This document shows, piece after piece, positions 25,165 through 38,556 of a stretch of 64,000 nucleotides of DNA; positions within the stretch are counted from its first letter, which is position 1; each line of letters begins with the position of its first letter. The notes under the pieces were generated by a model. The model was not told the origin of the DNA, searched no databases, and saw only the letters and a program-made list of their open reading frames with translations. Position numbers and translations under genes: made by a program. Source of the DNA: Phyllobates terribilis (taxonomy: Eukaryota); NCBI RefSeq assembly GCF_046119375.1, contig NW_027362764.1, forward strand, positions 604,066,001 to 604,130,000, in the 5' to 3' direction.

Positions 25165-27561
25165 TTACGTAATATTATATTGGATATCCACTGTGAATAT
25201 GATGTAGTAGGATAAAAGGAACCAAAAAGCCGCCACACACTGAAGTTCTGCATTGCCTTTTAAAAACTGAATGCATCGTTTCCATCACAAATACTAAAAA
25301 GGAGCCTCATAAATCCTGAAACAGATGTATGCAAGTTGGGGAAAAGGTCTTTTGTTCTAGAAGGCGTGATTTGCTCTACACCAGCAGCTCTGGATAAATA
25401 ATTGGCCAGAGACTAAAAGAAATCTGTAACAGAACTGCCTCTTCTTTCTCTTTGATGTGACATCTGTATTACCATGCAATAATATAAGTAGCTAAAGTAG
25501 ACAAAGAAAGTGGTTAGTAAATGCAGACAGCGTGTTTACTGTGGTTTTCTTGATTGTCCATTGTTTAATTGATCTGAACTGGTACCTGACATTGACTGCA
25601 AGGAGTCTGTATTGGATTATAGTGTCAGATATTAAAACCAAAATAGTTAAAGAGTAACTGTCGGGTTAATTTCTTCATAAATCAATACTACACGTGGAAA
25701 TAAGAAACTATGTAATATATCTTATTAGAGTAAGATATCTATGTAATGTATCTTATTACAATCCTGAACTGATCATTCAATCTCAAATTTCTCAAAATTC
25801 TCAATTCACTGGGAAAATGTATCTTCTGTGAAAACAGATTTTCCCATGACTAAGATAGGAGATGACAGCTGGTGCTGATAAAGTTCTATGGAGAAATGTA
25901 ACTTGTTTCAGGAGTATTTGGAGCAGAATGTCTGTGGCTGCCTCTAGCTCCTCTCCTCCCTAGAATTTTGAAAGAACCAAATGTTGTGTCTTATTTTCCT
26001 TAGTGGAGAGATCTGTCTTCACTGAATATAGATTTTGCAGATTTTACCTGGGAATTGAGATCAGTGCAGGTGGAGAAAAAAACTAAATTCTCTGCTAAAA
26101 TATATTACAAAGTTGCCTATTTTCATGTGTACTATTGATTTCTGGAAAAAAAACTAAAATAAAACAACTGTTACTCTTTAAAATATTTGACCTCCAGGTG
26201 GAACTGTAACCTCTGCACCACTTATAGGTGTGTCCCTGCCTTCTCTTATTGGCTCAGCATGCCCATTAGAGCTTATGTTTGTTTGTTCTTCTAATTATTT
26301 ATGGCCTCGGAACAGAAATCTGGATAACGTGTTTTATGTATACTTGCATGGGTTTTTTCATTTATTCTAGCTAGGGTGATGACCATAAATGCTGTCCAGC
26401 TAGATGGGTATGGGTTTGACATCAAGTATATGGCTAGCATTGTTAGGCGTTTGTTTACATGTCCAGTTCTCATCCATTTCAAAGAGCATCTGTCAGCAGG
26501 TTTTTGCTGTTTAGTCTGAGCGTAGCATAATATAGGGCAAGTGAGCCTAATTCCAGCGATGTATCACTTTGTGTCACAACTGCTGCATAGGAAACTATCA
26601 GAGTTGTTAGATGTAGTGGAATTCATCAAAGCTGATGAAGCTAACCCCACCCACACCAGGCTCTGTATGTACAATGTATATTGACAGTGAGCTGCTTATC
26701 ACAGGAGGGGGCGTGGTCACACCAGGGCTCGCACACTGCTGTAGTCCAGCAGTGATTATCTCCTAGTGATAAAACCTTCATTGTAAGTAAACAGCAGCAC
26801 AAAGCCAAGAAAAGGACATATGGCTGAATTCAGTGCCTCATGCAGTCCTCACATTAGATAGCACAAACCTGCTGAAAGATTATCTTTTAAGAGATTCAGT
26901 ATAAAAAAAAAACAAAAAAAAACAAAATCCATTACAGTTGAGGCAAAAACGGATGCACACTTTGGTTTCTCTTTTGCATCCAGTATTGTTTTCCGTTTAT
27001 AATTGACCCATTTTTTTCTGGAGGTGTCTCTGCATACCTCTAGTGTTCTGGGCATGTGCAGTGCTAACAAACAGATCTGTTAACGGATGACCATCCACTA
27101 TAATATGTTTCCTATATACTTTAATGGCAAATGAATCCAGTGATTAGTCATTTCTTGGGTTGGGATCAAATCTAAGGATGAGATCTGCTTGGAGTTTTTA
27201 TGTTCTCTCTGTGCTTGATTAGGTTTCCTACCATTTCTCTGGTTTGCTCCGACACTTCATACACATACTGGTAACAAATCTACATTGTGAGTCCCAATGG
27301 GGACAGTGAGTGATGTAAAGCATGTCAGCTTAAGAGCATAATGATCTGGGCAAATCGGATGCGCTGTGTTCTGGGTAGTTCCACTTAATACCCAAAAGGT
27401 TTGATTACTATGCAAATATTAAAATATGGATTTTCTATACGTTATGTCACTCCAGCTTCAATGGTTCTGTGATTATCCTCGGGTGCTAACTAGGCCACAG
27501 CAGTCTTGGTTAATGATTGGCCTGGTCACATGACTATTACAGTATGTGATTTGCATCTTAA

Positions 27562-27764
27562 GGCCACGGCCCCACTATCAGTGTTTGGTCAGTATTTGGT
27601 CAGTATTTTTTCTCAGGAGTGGGAGCCAAAACCAGGAGTGGGTGATAAATGCAGAATTGGTGACTTGTTTCTATTATACCTTTTCTCTGATTGTTCCTCA
27701 CCTGGTTTTGGCTCTCACTCCTGAGAAAAAATACTGACCAAATACTGATAGTGGGGCCGTGGCC
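27562..27764. mobile_element. Palindromic MITE
   Basis: TTAA on both sides; TIR GGCCACGGCCCCACTATCAGT(G/A)TTTGGTCAGTATTT. A related, diverged copy lies at about 44319-44482. Confidence 0.8.
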
Positions 27765-28785
27765 TTAACCCCTTTCCGACCTTGTCAGTAATAGTACGCA
27801 ACTGCGCCCTGGGCCCATAGGGCCAGCTATGTACTATAACGCGCGCTGCGATCGTGCCCGCACACAAGCGGTGCAGGGCGATCGCTTCCGGGTGTCAGCT
27901 GATTGTCACAGCTGACACCCGGTGCTATGTGCCAGGAGCGGTCCCGCACTGCTGCTGGCACATTAACCCCCGCAATGCTACAATCGAAGTCGATCGCAGC
28001 ATTGCAGGGGCAAGGGGAGGTAAGCACCGGTACTCACCTCCTCTCCGGCATCCCGCGGTGTCTGAGGCGGCTCCCGGATGTTGTCATGATGACCCGATGT
28101 CGTAATGACAACATCCGGGTCACCAGACAGCAGGAAGTTACTTTGGTCATGCACAGTGCATGACCAAAGTAACTTCTCCCTGTGCAGCACTGACAGGCTG
28201 CATAGCATAGGGAACTGCTGCTCTCTATGCTATACAGCCTATCAGGCTGCAAAAAGTGAAAGTCCCATAGTGGGACAATATGTAAAAGTGAAAAAAAAAA
28301 GTAAAAAAAATTGTAAAAATATAAGAAAAAATAATAATAATAATAATAATCCCCCCCCCAAAAAATATATATATATATTGTACCCATAATATTTATTGAT
28401 TATGAAAAAAAAACAACCAATAAAAGTACACATATTTGGTATCGCTGTTTCCGGAACGACCGGACCTATAAAACTGTCCCAGTTGTTAACCCCTTTAGTG
28501 AACACTGTAAAAAATAAAAATAAATAACGAAGCAAAAAATGATGCTTTATCATACCACCAAACAAAAAAATGGAATAAAACGCGATCAAAAAGACAAATT
28601 CAAACAAAAATGGTACCGCTGAAAACTTCATCTTGTCTCGCAAAAAACAAGCCGCCATACAGCTCTATCAGCCGAAAAAAAAAAAGTTTATAGCTCTCAG
28701 AATAAAGCGATGCAAAAACAATTCTTTTTTTTCTATAAAATAGTTTTTATGGTGTAAAAGCGACAAAACCTAAAAAAACGATATA

Positions 28786-29754
28786 CCCTATTTTTCGGAC
28801 TATAAGATGCACCGGACCATAAGACACACTCTAAATTTTGGGGTGGAAAATATGAAAAAAAAATATTTTTTATAAGATGGGGTCCGTCTTATAGTCTGAT
28901 TAGGTATCTTACCTGGGGGTGGTGGTGGAGCAGGAGGCAGGGTCCTTCAGGAAACCGGCCCGGCGGAAGTGAAGGAATGCTGCGGACCCTGGATACATGA
29001 AGCCGGTGCTCCAGCAGCTGTGAGTTGCGGTGATGTTGGAGCAGGATCGCAGGTCCCTCCGTTCCCAGCCTCAGGAACCCTGCGGCAGCAGAAGAGGTGA
29101 GTTGCCGGTGTCTGGTTGGGGCCTGTGGACTGGCCTGGGGCCTGTGGACTTGCCTGGGGCCTGGACCTGTGAGCGGCGTCCAGCAGTGAAGCAAAGGAGC
29201 CAGGGCCTGTGCCGAGCTGTGAGTGGTTTCCGGCGATGCGGCAGAGCAGCGTGTGTGGCTTCTGGTGGCCGCGGCCATCTTCCTGAGGCTGTGATCTACA
29301 GGAAAATGGCCGCTGGAGCTCCGGGTCTGCGCCAGCTCCGGCGGCCATTTTCCCGTGGATCACTGCCTCGGGAAGATGGCTGCGGCCACCAGAAGCCACA
29401 CACGCTGCTCTGCCGCACCGCCGGACACCGCTCACTGCCCGGCAGGGGACTCGGCTCCTCTGCCGCACCGCCAGACACCGCTCACAGCCCGGCAGAGGCC
29501 TCGGCTCCTCTGCCTCACCGCCGGACGCCACTCACAGCCCGGCACAGGCCCTGGCTCCTCTGCTTCACCACCCGACATCAGCACAGGTACAGGCCCCGGC
29601 TCCAGCCGCATCTCACCTCTGCTGCCACCGGAGGACCCTGCGATCCCCGCTCCCCCACCACCGGTAAAGTAACGTTTGGACCATAAGACTCACCCCCCAT
29701 TTTCCTTCCAAATTTTGGGGAAAAAAAGTGTGTCTTATGGTCCGAAAAATACGG
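28786..29754. mobile_element. TA-flanked Tc2-like (TcMar) MITE nested in the piggyBac-like element
   Basis: TA-CCCTATTTTTCGGACTATAAG...CTTATGGTCCGAAAAATACGG-TA. The flanks rejoin as host sequence AAAAAACGATATAAATGTGG. GC-rich repetitive interior. Confidence 0.82.
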
Positions 29755-30193
29755 TAAATGTGGTACTGCTGTAAACGTACTGACCCGAAGAATAAAGCTG
29801 CCTTATCAATTTTACCACACGCGGAGCAGCATAATAAAAATAATAATTCCGGAATTGTTGGTTTTTGTTTATTGCCTCCCAAAAATCAGAATAGAAAGCG
29901 ATCAAAAAATGTCATGTGGCCGAAAATGGTACCAATAAAAACGACATCTTGTCCCGCAAAAAACAAGCCGTCACATGACTCGGTCGGCCGAAATATGGAA
30001 AAATTATAGCTCTCAAAATATGGTGATGCAAAAACTAGTCTTTGCAAAAAAAAAAAAAAGCGTCTTTTAGCATGTGTCAGCTGTCAATCATAAAAAAACA
30101 ATATAAATCTGGTATCGCTGTAATTGCACCGACCCGAAGAATAAAGTCGTCTAATCACTTATACCGCACGAGGAATGGCGTAAATAATAAACT

Positions 30194-30552
30194 CTAGGGT
30201 TAGGGTTGTGCTAGGGTTGGGGTTGTGCTAGGGTTGGGCTTGGGCTTGGGCTAGGGTTGGGGTTGGGCTAGGGTTGGGGTTGAGTTAGGGTTGGGCTAGG
30301 GTTATGGCTGGGTTGGGGTTGGGCTGGGGTTGGGCTAGGGTTATGGCTGGGTTGGGGTTGGGCTAGGGTTATGTCTGGGTTGGGTTAGGGCTAGGGTTAT
30401 GGCTGGGTTGGGGTTAGGGTTGGGGTTGTGCTAGGGCTGGGGTTAGGGTTGGGGTTGTGCTAGGGCTGGGGTTAGGGTTGGGGTTGTGCTAGGGCTGGGG
30501 TTATGGTTGGGGTTCTGCTAGGGCTGGGGTTGTATTAGGATTGAGGTTAGGA
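30194..30552 (+). repeat. Degenerate telomere-like hexamer tract (TTAGGG/CTAGGG/TTGGGG/CTGGGG)
   Basis: About 60 hexamer-like units of NNNGGG type, inside the piggyBac-like element. Confidence 0.9.
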
Positions 30553-30612
30553 TTGTGTTGCTTTTGGGATTTTTACAAAAGTAAAGAAAAAAAATTACGA
30601 CAATATGGCGAA

Positions 30613-30926
30613 TAGTGTTGAGCGCAAGTGCTCGCTACTTGAGTTTGCATTGGGTGCTCGGGTATGCACCGAGTATCGCGGGTGCTGGAGTGACATGCTC
30701 GAATCTCCGCCCCATATGTTTTGCAGCTGTTATACAGCCAAAAAAATCTTGCGGGGATTGCCTGCCATGCACGAGCGATCCTCGCATGTTTTTTTTTTTG
30801 GGTGTCTAATAACCGTGAAACATGCAGAGTGGGGACTCGAGCATGTCACTTGAGCACCCGAGATACACGGTGCATACCTGAGTACCCGATGCAAACTCAA
30901 GTAGCGAGCACTTGCGCTCAAGACTA
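30613..30926. mobile_element. Palindromic hAT-like MITE
   Basis: TAGTGTTGAGCGCAAGTGCTCGCTACT... / ...AGTAGCGAGCACTTGCGCTCAAGACTA, imperfect TIRs of about 80 bp. Possible degenerate 8-bp TSD (ATGGCGAA / ATGACAAC, 5/8). Confidence 0.72.
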
Positions 30927-31020
30927 ATGACAACTTATTCAATATGATAACCTAATGTTATCAAATTCTGTGTTGTACCTCTGGGTTCAAAATGTTCACT
31001 ATACCCCTTGAAAAAATCCT

Positions 31021-32200
31021 TGAGGGGTCTAGTTTCCAAAATGGAGTCACTTCTGGGGGCTTTCCCTTGTTTAGGCGCGTCAGGGGCTCTCCAAATGCGA
31101 CATGGCGTCCGCTCTCGATTCCAGCCAATTTTGTGTTCAAAAAGTCACACAGTGCTCCTTCCCTTCTGAACTCTGCTGAGTATTTTCCCCACATATGGGG
31201 TATGGGCGTATTCAGGAGAAATCGCACAAAAGTTTTTGGGGTCCATTTTCTCCTCTTACCTTTGTGAAAATAAAAATTTTTGGGCTAATACATCATTTTT
31301 GTGGAAAAAACGCCATGTTATAAACTTCTGTGAAGCACATAGGGGTTCATGGTGCTCACCAAACATCTAGATAAGTTCCCTGAGGGGTCTAGTTCCCAAA
31401 ATGGTGTCACTTGTTGGGGGTTTCCACTGTTTAGGCACATCAGGGGTTCTCCAAATGCAACATGGCGTCCACTAATTATTCAAGCAAATTTTACATTCAA
31501 AAAGTCAAATGGCACTCCTTCTTTTCCGAACCCTGCCGTGCGCCCAAACAATGGTTTTCCCCCACATATGGGGTATCGGCTTACTCAGGAGAAATTGCAC
31601 AACAAATGGTATGGTGCAATTTCTCCTGTTACCCTTATGAAAATGCAAAATTGGGGGCTGAAAAACATTTTTGTGGGAAAAATGTGAAAATTTTATTTTT
31701 ACGGCTCAATGTTATAAACTTCTGTGAAGCACCTGGGGGTTCAGGGTGCTCACCACACATCTAAATAAGTTCCCTGAGGGGTAAAGTTTCCAAAATGGTG
31801 TCACTTTTGGGGGGTTTTCACTGTTTAGGCACATCAGGGGCTCCCCAAGCGCAAAATGGCGTCTGCTAATTATTTAAGCAAATTTTACATTCAAAAAGTC
31901 AAATAGCGCTCCTTCCTTTCCGAACTCTGACGTGCGCCCGAACAGTGGTTTTCCCCCACATATGGGGTATCGGCTCATGAAGAATTGCACAACAAATTTT
32001 TGGGTCCATTTTTTAATGATACCCTTGAGAAAATAAAAAAAATTGTGTCTAAAGTAACATTTTTGTAAAAAAATATAAAAAATTTTCTTCCACATTCCAA
32101 AAATTCCTGTGAAGCACCTGAAGGGTTAATAAGCTTCTTGAATGTGGTTTTGAGCACCTTGAGGGTGCAGTTTTTAGAATGGTGTCACTTTTGGGTATTT
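31021..32200. repeat. Internal direct repeats of about 360-395 bp (at least 3 copies)
   Basis: The landmark TGAGGG...CAAAATGG.GTCACTT recurs at about 31021, 31381 and 31775, and in a more diverged form at 32160. Confidence 0.8.
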
Positions 32201-34228
32201 TCTGTAATATAAACACCTCAAAGTCACTTCAAATGTGATGTGGTCCCTAAAAAAATGGTTTTGTAAATTTTGTTGGAAATATGAAAATTCGCTAGTCAAC
32301 TTTTAACCCTTATAGCTCCCTAACAAAAAAAATGTTGGTTCCAAAATTGTGTTGTAGACATGTGGGAAATGTTATTTATTAACTATTTTGTGTGACATAT
32401 CTCTCTGATTTAAGGGCATGAAAACTCAAAGTTTGAAAATTGGGAAATTTTCAAAATTTTCACCAAATTTCCATTTTTTCACAAATAAACGCAAGTTATA
32501 TCGAAGAAAGTTTACCACTATCATGAAGTACAATATGTCACAAAAAAAACATTCTCAGAATCAGTGGGATTCGTTGAAGCGTTCCAGAGTAATTACCTCA
32601 TAAAGTGACAGTGGTCAGAATTGTAAAAATTGGCCTGGTCATTAACGTGCAAACTACCTTGGGGGGTAAAGGGGTTAAGGGGTTATACACTTTCAGGAAA
32701 GTGGCCCCCAAACTGTCTAAAATACCAAACTCTGCCAGTGTTAACAGTAAACATCTCCACCCTAGCCAGTCACTGAGCTCAGTGCTTGTACACGGAGCTC
32801 AGCGTTGCATGATGTCATCCTCAGCACAGCCACTGAACTCCATGCACGAGCCGCTGAGCTCAGTGACTGGCTAGACGTTTCTGCTACAGCCAAAATACCG
32901 GGACTGGAGTAGCAGCCTAGAGCTCGTGCTGGATCCAGGGAGGGAGAATACATGCTGAGTTTGTTATTTAGGTATTTTACACAGTTTGGTACCCAATTTA
33001 CTACAAGTGAACAACTTCTTCCAAAATGAGCATTTTCCAACTTTTATAGAGGTTGTCTTATTATCTATTTGGGTCATACTCCTGGAAGTGTTAGGCGAAA
33101 CTTCCTCAATGAGTTTTTGACGAATGTGCCTTTTTAGTGCGTTTCCGCGTTTGCTAGATACCTTGGTCAGGTTGACTACTATCTTCTAACAAAACGCGCG
33201 TCGGGGTGGGCTCCACACTTACTATCGGGATCCTATACAGGTTTATACCTATTTGATTTTCTTTAAACCTTGTCACATTACTGCTGTTGATATACATATT
33301 ATGTTATTCACTTTTAGCACTTTGTTTATTCAGCTACTATGTTATATTCGTTGTCATTTTTACATGTGACTACATGGTCCGTATACAATATATGTTCATA
33401 CATATGTACCTTATAGCTTCCCCTTGCACATGCCACTTTCCATGTTTATTCCATTTAATTGATTTTACCCAATGAGTGTGTATGCGCCTGTCTCCTACAT
33501 TACCACTGCACACCAACTTGTGTTTTCAATAAAGCTTTTTGCATTATCTTTATATGACTACACTATTTGACTGCATATCGGATCCTTTTCTTTGGCTGCT
33601 CTAGTATGAATGGTTTATACTGTGATAGGATAATTAAACTATCCACTAATGGTATATAATACAGCAGTGCTACATAAATAAAAGGTATAGACGAAGATAA
33701 AGAATGAGGAGTTTCAGAATACACACGAGCAAAGTCAGCAAATCAACGGATCACAAATGCTGACTTGTGGAATCTGGTATTGGAGCATTAATATATAGTA
33801 ATTATTAATTCAGCTATACATTGAGGTCAAAGTAACCAAACCCGAATCCAAGTGTCTGACAGCTGAAAATCCCGCTGCTGATAATTATTTCCCACATTAG
33901 CTTGACAGTGGATTTCCGATAAGAATCTCATGTCTGTGGTCCGCTCCATTACCTAATTCCCTTTGAATATCTTTTTATTACCTAGATATAAAACGGACTG
34001 CTTCTTTCTTGTCTAGACTACTTTAATTTGGCTAATGAATATCAATCATCCTCGTCCTCCTCTGTTAGATTTCTTTCTACATCAAATGATATTTTGGGCT
34101 TCATTTAATTCTCTGTAACCAGTGGACCGATCACTTTACATTCTGGAGCGTTCATTCACCACTTGTTTATCGCACCCCTTTGTTCTTCATGTGAACTGTC
34201 CTAAGCAATGTTCTGTCTTGTTAACCAG

Positions 34229-34306
34229 CTCTACTCAAAAGACCTCAGAAACAGAGCAGAGCAGACAGCTGGCTATGGCTGCTCCAACTTTGCTTAAAGG
34301 CAAAGG
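34229..34306 (+). CDS. dtna: dtna exon 12 cassette (STQKTSETEQSRQLAMAAPTLLKGKG)
   Basis: AACCAG acceptor, GG|GTAAGT donor; 78 nt; phase 2-2; matches recalled SPPKDSEVEQNKLLARAAPAFLKGKG. Confidence 0.93.
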
Positions 34307-34339
34307 GTAAGTTTGAGATTGGCCTGTAGTACTTGAATG

Positions 34340-34404
34340 TGCATGTTGTGCCCTAGAGCAAGCAGGCGGGTAGCGGTACTTTAATCCTACTAATCCATAC
34401 TAAT
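34340..34404 (+). promoter_or_regulatory. Candidate intronic splicing enhancer cluster downstream of exon 12
   Basis: TGCATG (RBFOX) at 34340-34345 and two ACTAAT (QKI ACUAAY) at 34389 and 34399, all within 100 nt of the donor. Confidence 0.5.
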
Positions 34405-37400
34405 GACCATGCAAGTAGTGCTGAATTCTGGCATCATTTCGAAAAGTCACAAAAATGTGTCATTTTCCCAGCATTAACTTGATTGGATCCCTGTAATGAA
34501 ATTCTTTCTAATATTTATCTAGAATTTTCTGCATTTTGTGTGAAGTTATTATCAACAGGACTGAAAAAAGGACATCTTTATATTCTTTTTGCTTAAAACA
34601 GAGCTACCTTTGTCCACTGGTTGTCTGTTTATATAGCTCAGTCCTATTCACTGCCAGTATGTCAGATATAGTGGATTTTATAACCACAGTGTGACTCCGC
34701 TGTAACAGCAAGACCATGCTGTTTTCCCAAAGTTCTCAGATTCATCTCCGTTGTAGCCATGAGCTTCGCTGGCAACAATGATGTGTCCTATGGGATTACA
34801 CAGGAGATCCAAATAATCATACTATTATCATAGCAACACAATGCCTTCCACTATCCGCTGCTCCACCTGCTGTTGTCATACTTGTCTATTATCACCTGAT
34901 TAAAGCCAATTTGGCCCAGAAAGCAGGAGGATTTAAAGGCCAAGGTCTCTTCCACATGTGGTCAGAGTGGACGCCTGTCTCCTCTACCCGATGAGACCCC
35001 TCACCTCTGTACAAGAGGCGTTGTTAGTTGCTCTTTTCTACAATAATCTGCCAGTTTACAGCCTTTTCTGCCTCCGTAGTCCCCTTATAATGAGGCTTTC
35101 TGATGTGGAGGGTGCAGACAGCGACTGTTTGACGTTTTCAGGAGCAGCAGGATATTCAGAATTGCCGTCCTTCCACAAAACTCCCTCCTCAAAATCACTT
35201 TTCCTGCTATTCTGGCCATATATAATAGCAACAAATGTGAGAATATGCGACCCCGGTGAGTACAGTGCATCAATTGTCAGGGTTTAGCAGTGATAACTAG
35301 GGTTACTTCTTACCAGCTGCCGCCTGCAGATTTGGAACAAAGCTTGGTGATGGAGTCTTACTGTTTTGATAAGTAAAATATAGGAGGGGTTGAGTTTTAT
35401 GACAGTGAAAGAAGCTTTTAAAATGTTTTAAAATATGATGGCATTTCCTATTTACCTACATGTTGTTACCATGGACTGATGGGAACGGTTTATTCATGAT
35501 TTTATGTTGAGCATTCCCTATTGGGAAGGGTTTGCAGACACTTTGCTCGTATACAGCATTGTGTTGAGTCGATTGTTTCCCCCACAAATATTTTATTGGG
35601 ATAGAACAACTGTTAGGACTCCTTTATCTGTTTTGATCTTTGCAAAATAAAACCTTCCTATTCTCTATAAAGGAGGTATCTTTGGCATGACTGTTGTTTC
35701 AAGAGCTCTCCCAACCACTGTTCTAGAATAAGATGTTTTGTAAGTTAACCTGTGCATCAATTTATTAAAGAAAAATAAGGTGCAGGACATTGCCGGCAAA
35801 TCATTTTTAAAGGGAATCTGTCAGCAGGTGTCTGCTATGTAATCTGACTGCTGCATGATGTAGGGACAGAGACCCTGATTCCAGTAATATAAAAATGGGG
35901 ACAGCCAAGAAGTATAAGAAAATAAAAAAACTGATGGGGGGATAAGTGAGGGAAGAGACACATAAACAATAAAAAGGAACCATAACACAGTATATGTGAT
36001 GTGTTATGGTATTTAATTTACCATAGAACAGATTTGCACTTGACGGATGGGGATGGGCATATACTGAATGCTTTCCACAGTCCCAGGTTTTGAATAATGT
36101 AGCAGGAGTGTCATTCAAGACACTTGTAAGTTGTTCAATGGTTATAAAATTATCCACACAGGCCAAAAACTCCCAAGAATGGGATGTGTGTTTTTGTAAA
36201 GCTTGGGCTATAATTTGCTTTGCCGCTAAAAAGAGAAAAGGTTGAAGTTTATACTGAGACCAAGTGAACGTGGAGGATTTATGATGCAACAAAACTTCCC
36301 AGGGGTCCCTAGTAGGATAGGTATGGAAGATAGCGCCAGCCACATTGTATGTTCCAGACCAGATGCGAGATACCCACAGACCGGTCTACCACACATGACA
36401 GGAAACCTAGGGAGCATGTGTGCTACCTGCGCAGGTATTACTGGATTACATGCTAGGCATTTCCATATACTGCACAAATTCATGGATGAACAGTGAAGAG
36501 GGGTTGTATAGGATAAAATAAAAATAACATATTTTGTTTCTACCCGAAATGGCGCCACACCTGTCCATGGTTTTCTCTGCTAAGCTGCTTTAAAGTGAAT
36601 AGGGGTCAGTTGCAATACTGCACAAAACCTGAGCACAAATGTGGCAGTGTTTTGGAAGAAAGCCGCAATGTTTTTCTAAACTTTAACATTGTTTAAAAAA
36701 TGATTTGACCCCTTTATCCCTGCTTTTATCCATTGTGACTCTCTTCATTGTTTTGGCTAGGGTCACATGGCTTTCTACATTTGGCATATACATAGGGAAG
36801 TGCTGCTAACATTTAGAAATGTCTCACACGAGTGTTGAGTTCTAATAGCTTGAACTTTGCCAAAAGTCATATATTTGACCAGTATACATCAGTATCTACT
36901 TTTCAATACAACTGAATGCCCAATACAACAGCATTGTATTGGTGGGCTCAGCCAAAGGCTGGGAATGACACAAGCGTCTAAAACATCTATCCAGTTTTTA
37001 TCCAGAAAAGTTGAACAATTTTTTCTCACTTGTTAACCGCGTGCAATCAGTTTTTTTTTTTTTAACTCAGCGGCTATTAATTTTTTACACGACCATTTAC
37101 AGTTTCCTAAGTTACAGAATTACAATGTATCTATAAAAATCAGATGGCACACTGATGGTCTACATGGCATTTTTTTTTGCACCCATCCAATTTCAGAGTC
37201 GAATCACAAAATGCTGTGATGTTTTACTCCAGCCGAATACAGCTGAAAAAAAATACAAAGATCTGCGCTGCCTCATAGAATAACATTGGTCCCAGTGCAA
37301 TCCCTTTTTTTTATCGGATTGCTCTCGTCTGATTTATACATTTGTGTGAGCGAGCCCAAATAGTCTGAAGTGTAATAAGTAATATACAGTATATTAACAA

Positions 37401-37408
37401 AGCCTTAA

Positions 37409-37964
37409 AGGGGTTTTGCCACAAACGAAGTTACGGTAATTTTAAAGTTGATTTTAATCAATAGATGTTGGAGTAATAATAAGTTCCACAATTGGATGTG
37501 TTTAAATAAAATGTTCCTGTGCTGAGATAATCTTATAAATGTGCCCCTGCTGTGTACTGTGTAATGGCTGTGTCTGACCGTACAGGAACATGGTCTGATC
37601 ATACCACAGCTCCTGGGCGGGGGAGGAAGCAAATTAGTATTCAGACATTACAGCACGGGATCACATCTGATTGTTTTTGTGAGGTAAAACATTTCCCTGC
37701 CTGTTTTATAAAAAAAATGTTTTACCTCAAAAAAAGAAATATTTGCAATCCCATGCTGTCATGTCTGTATACTCTTTTCCTTCCTCCCCTGCCCAGGAGA
37801 TGTGGTATGATCAGACCATGTTCCTGCACGGTCAGACACGGCCATTACACAGTACACAGCAGGGGCACATTTATAAGATTATCTCAGCACAGGAACATTT
37901 TATTTAAACACATCCAATTGTGGAAGTTATTATTATTCCAAGATCTATTGATTAAAATGAACCT
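37409..37964. mobile_element. Family A palindromic TTAA-flanked MITE
   Basis: Inverted arms of about 180 bp (…CCACAATTGGATGTGTTTAAATAAAATGTTCCTGTGCTGAG… and its reverse complement); TTAA at both ends. Confidence 0.85.
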
Positions 37965-38556
37965 TTAATGCCCCATACACATAAGTCTATCATCAGATGC
38001 ACCGCCAATATCCGCAAGCTTGGCCAACAGTCTTATGTGTATTGGGACCTCCGACTCTTCCCCCAACCTCATGAGATCCTTTTGTTCCCAGTGAGATAGG
38101 CCGCCAGAGGGGTTTGTCAGCGGCTTTCTCGTAGAGAACACAGGAGCGTTAAGTAAAGCAAGTACTTCTGTGTAGGAACAAGGCAGGAGATAGCTGCCAA
38201 ACAAACGATCGGACGAACCATCCTCTCACAACTGTCTATTGTGTATGGGCCCGTTAGGGATTCTAGCAGTTTTTGTGTCGGATTTCTTGTTGGCATGCTT
38301 TGCTTGGCAGTCTACTTCACTGAAATTCTTAGGTGGCCATGCATTCGATGCAAATAGGTGGCTTTTAGGAACTAGTGCACGATTCTTATGTTTTAATCTC
38401 TGGATTAGAGGTGATGTCTTCCTTTGCAGCATGCCCTTTTCTCTGCTTTTGCTTTCCTGAATTACATTCCCAGCATGCACACATTATATTTTTCATTTGT
38501 TTAATTTCTTTATTTTTTACATTTAAGCCTTTCCCATTTCCAAACCATCCTTCTAG

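Larger units (their letters stand above)
27769..32674. mobile_element. About 4.9-kb piggyBac-like non-autonomous element with nested insertions
   Basis: TTAA-CCCCTTT...AAAGGGG-TTAA. Contains 360-395-bp internal repeats, a telomere-like tract and two nested MITEs; no transposase ORF. Confidence 0.7.

Noticed and set aside
28889-29686. GC-rich overlapping ORFs (129-218 aa)
   Set aside because: They lie wholly within a TA-flanked MITE with repetitive GC-rich content. ORFs occur on both strands and have no recognisable domain.
30194-30552. Relic of a chromosome fusion
   Set aside because: Single orientation, highly degenerate and embedded in a transposon; no head-to-head TTAGGG/CCCTAA junction.
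33085-33215. Hammerhead-like fragments (CCTGGAAG...GGCGAAAC; AAAACGCGCGTCGGGG), also at about 17255-17300
   Set aside because: Core nucleotides are incomplete and the stems do not close; at most decayed Penelope-type termini.
34122-34228. Open frame extending upstream of exon 12
   Set aside because: The nearest upstream acceptor (34122) is 106 nt away and out of phase.
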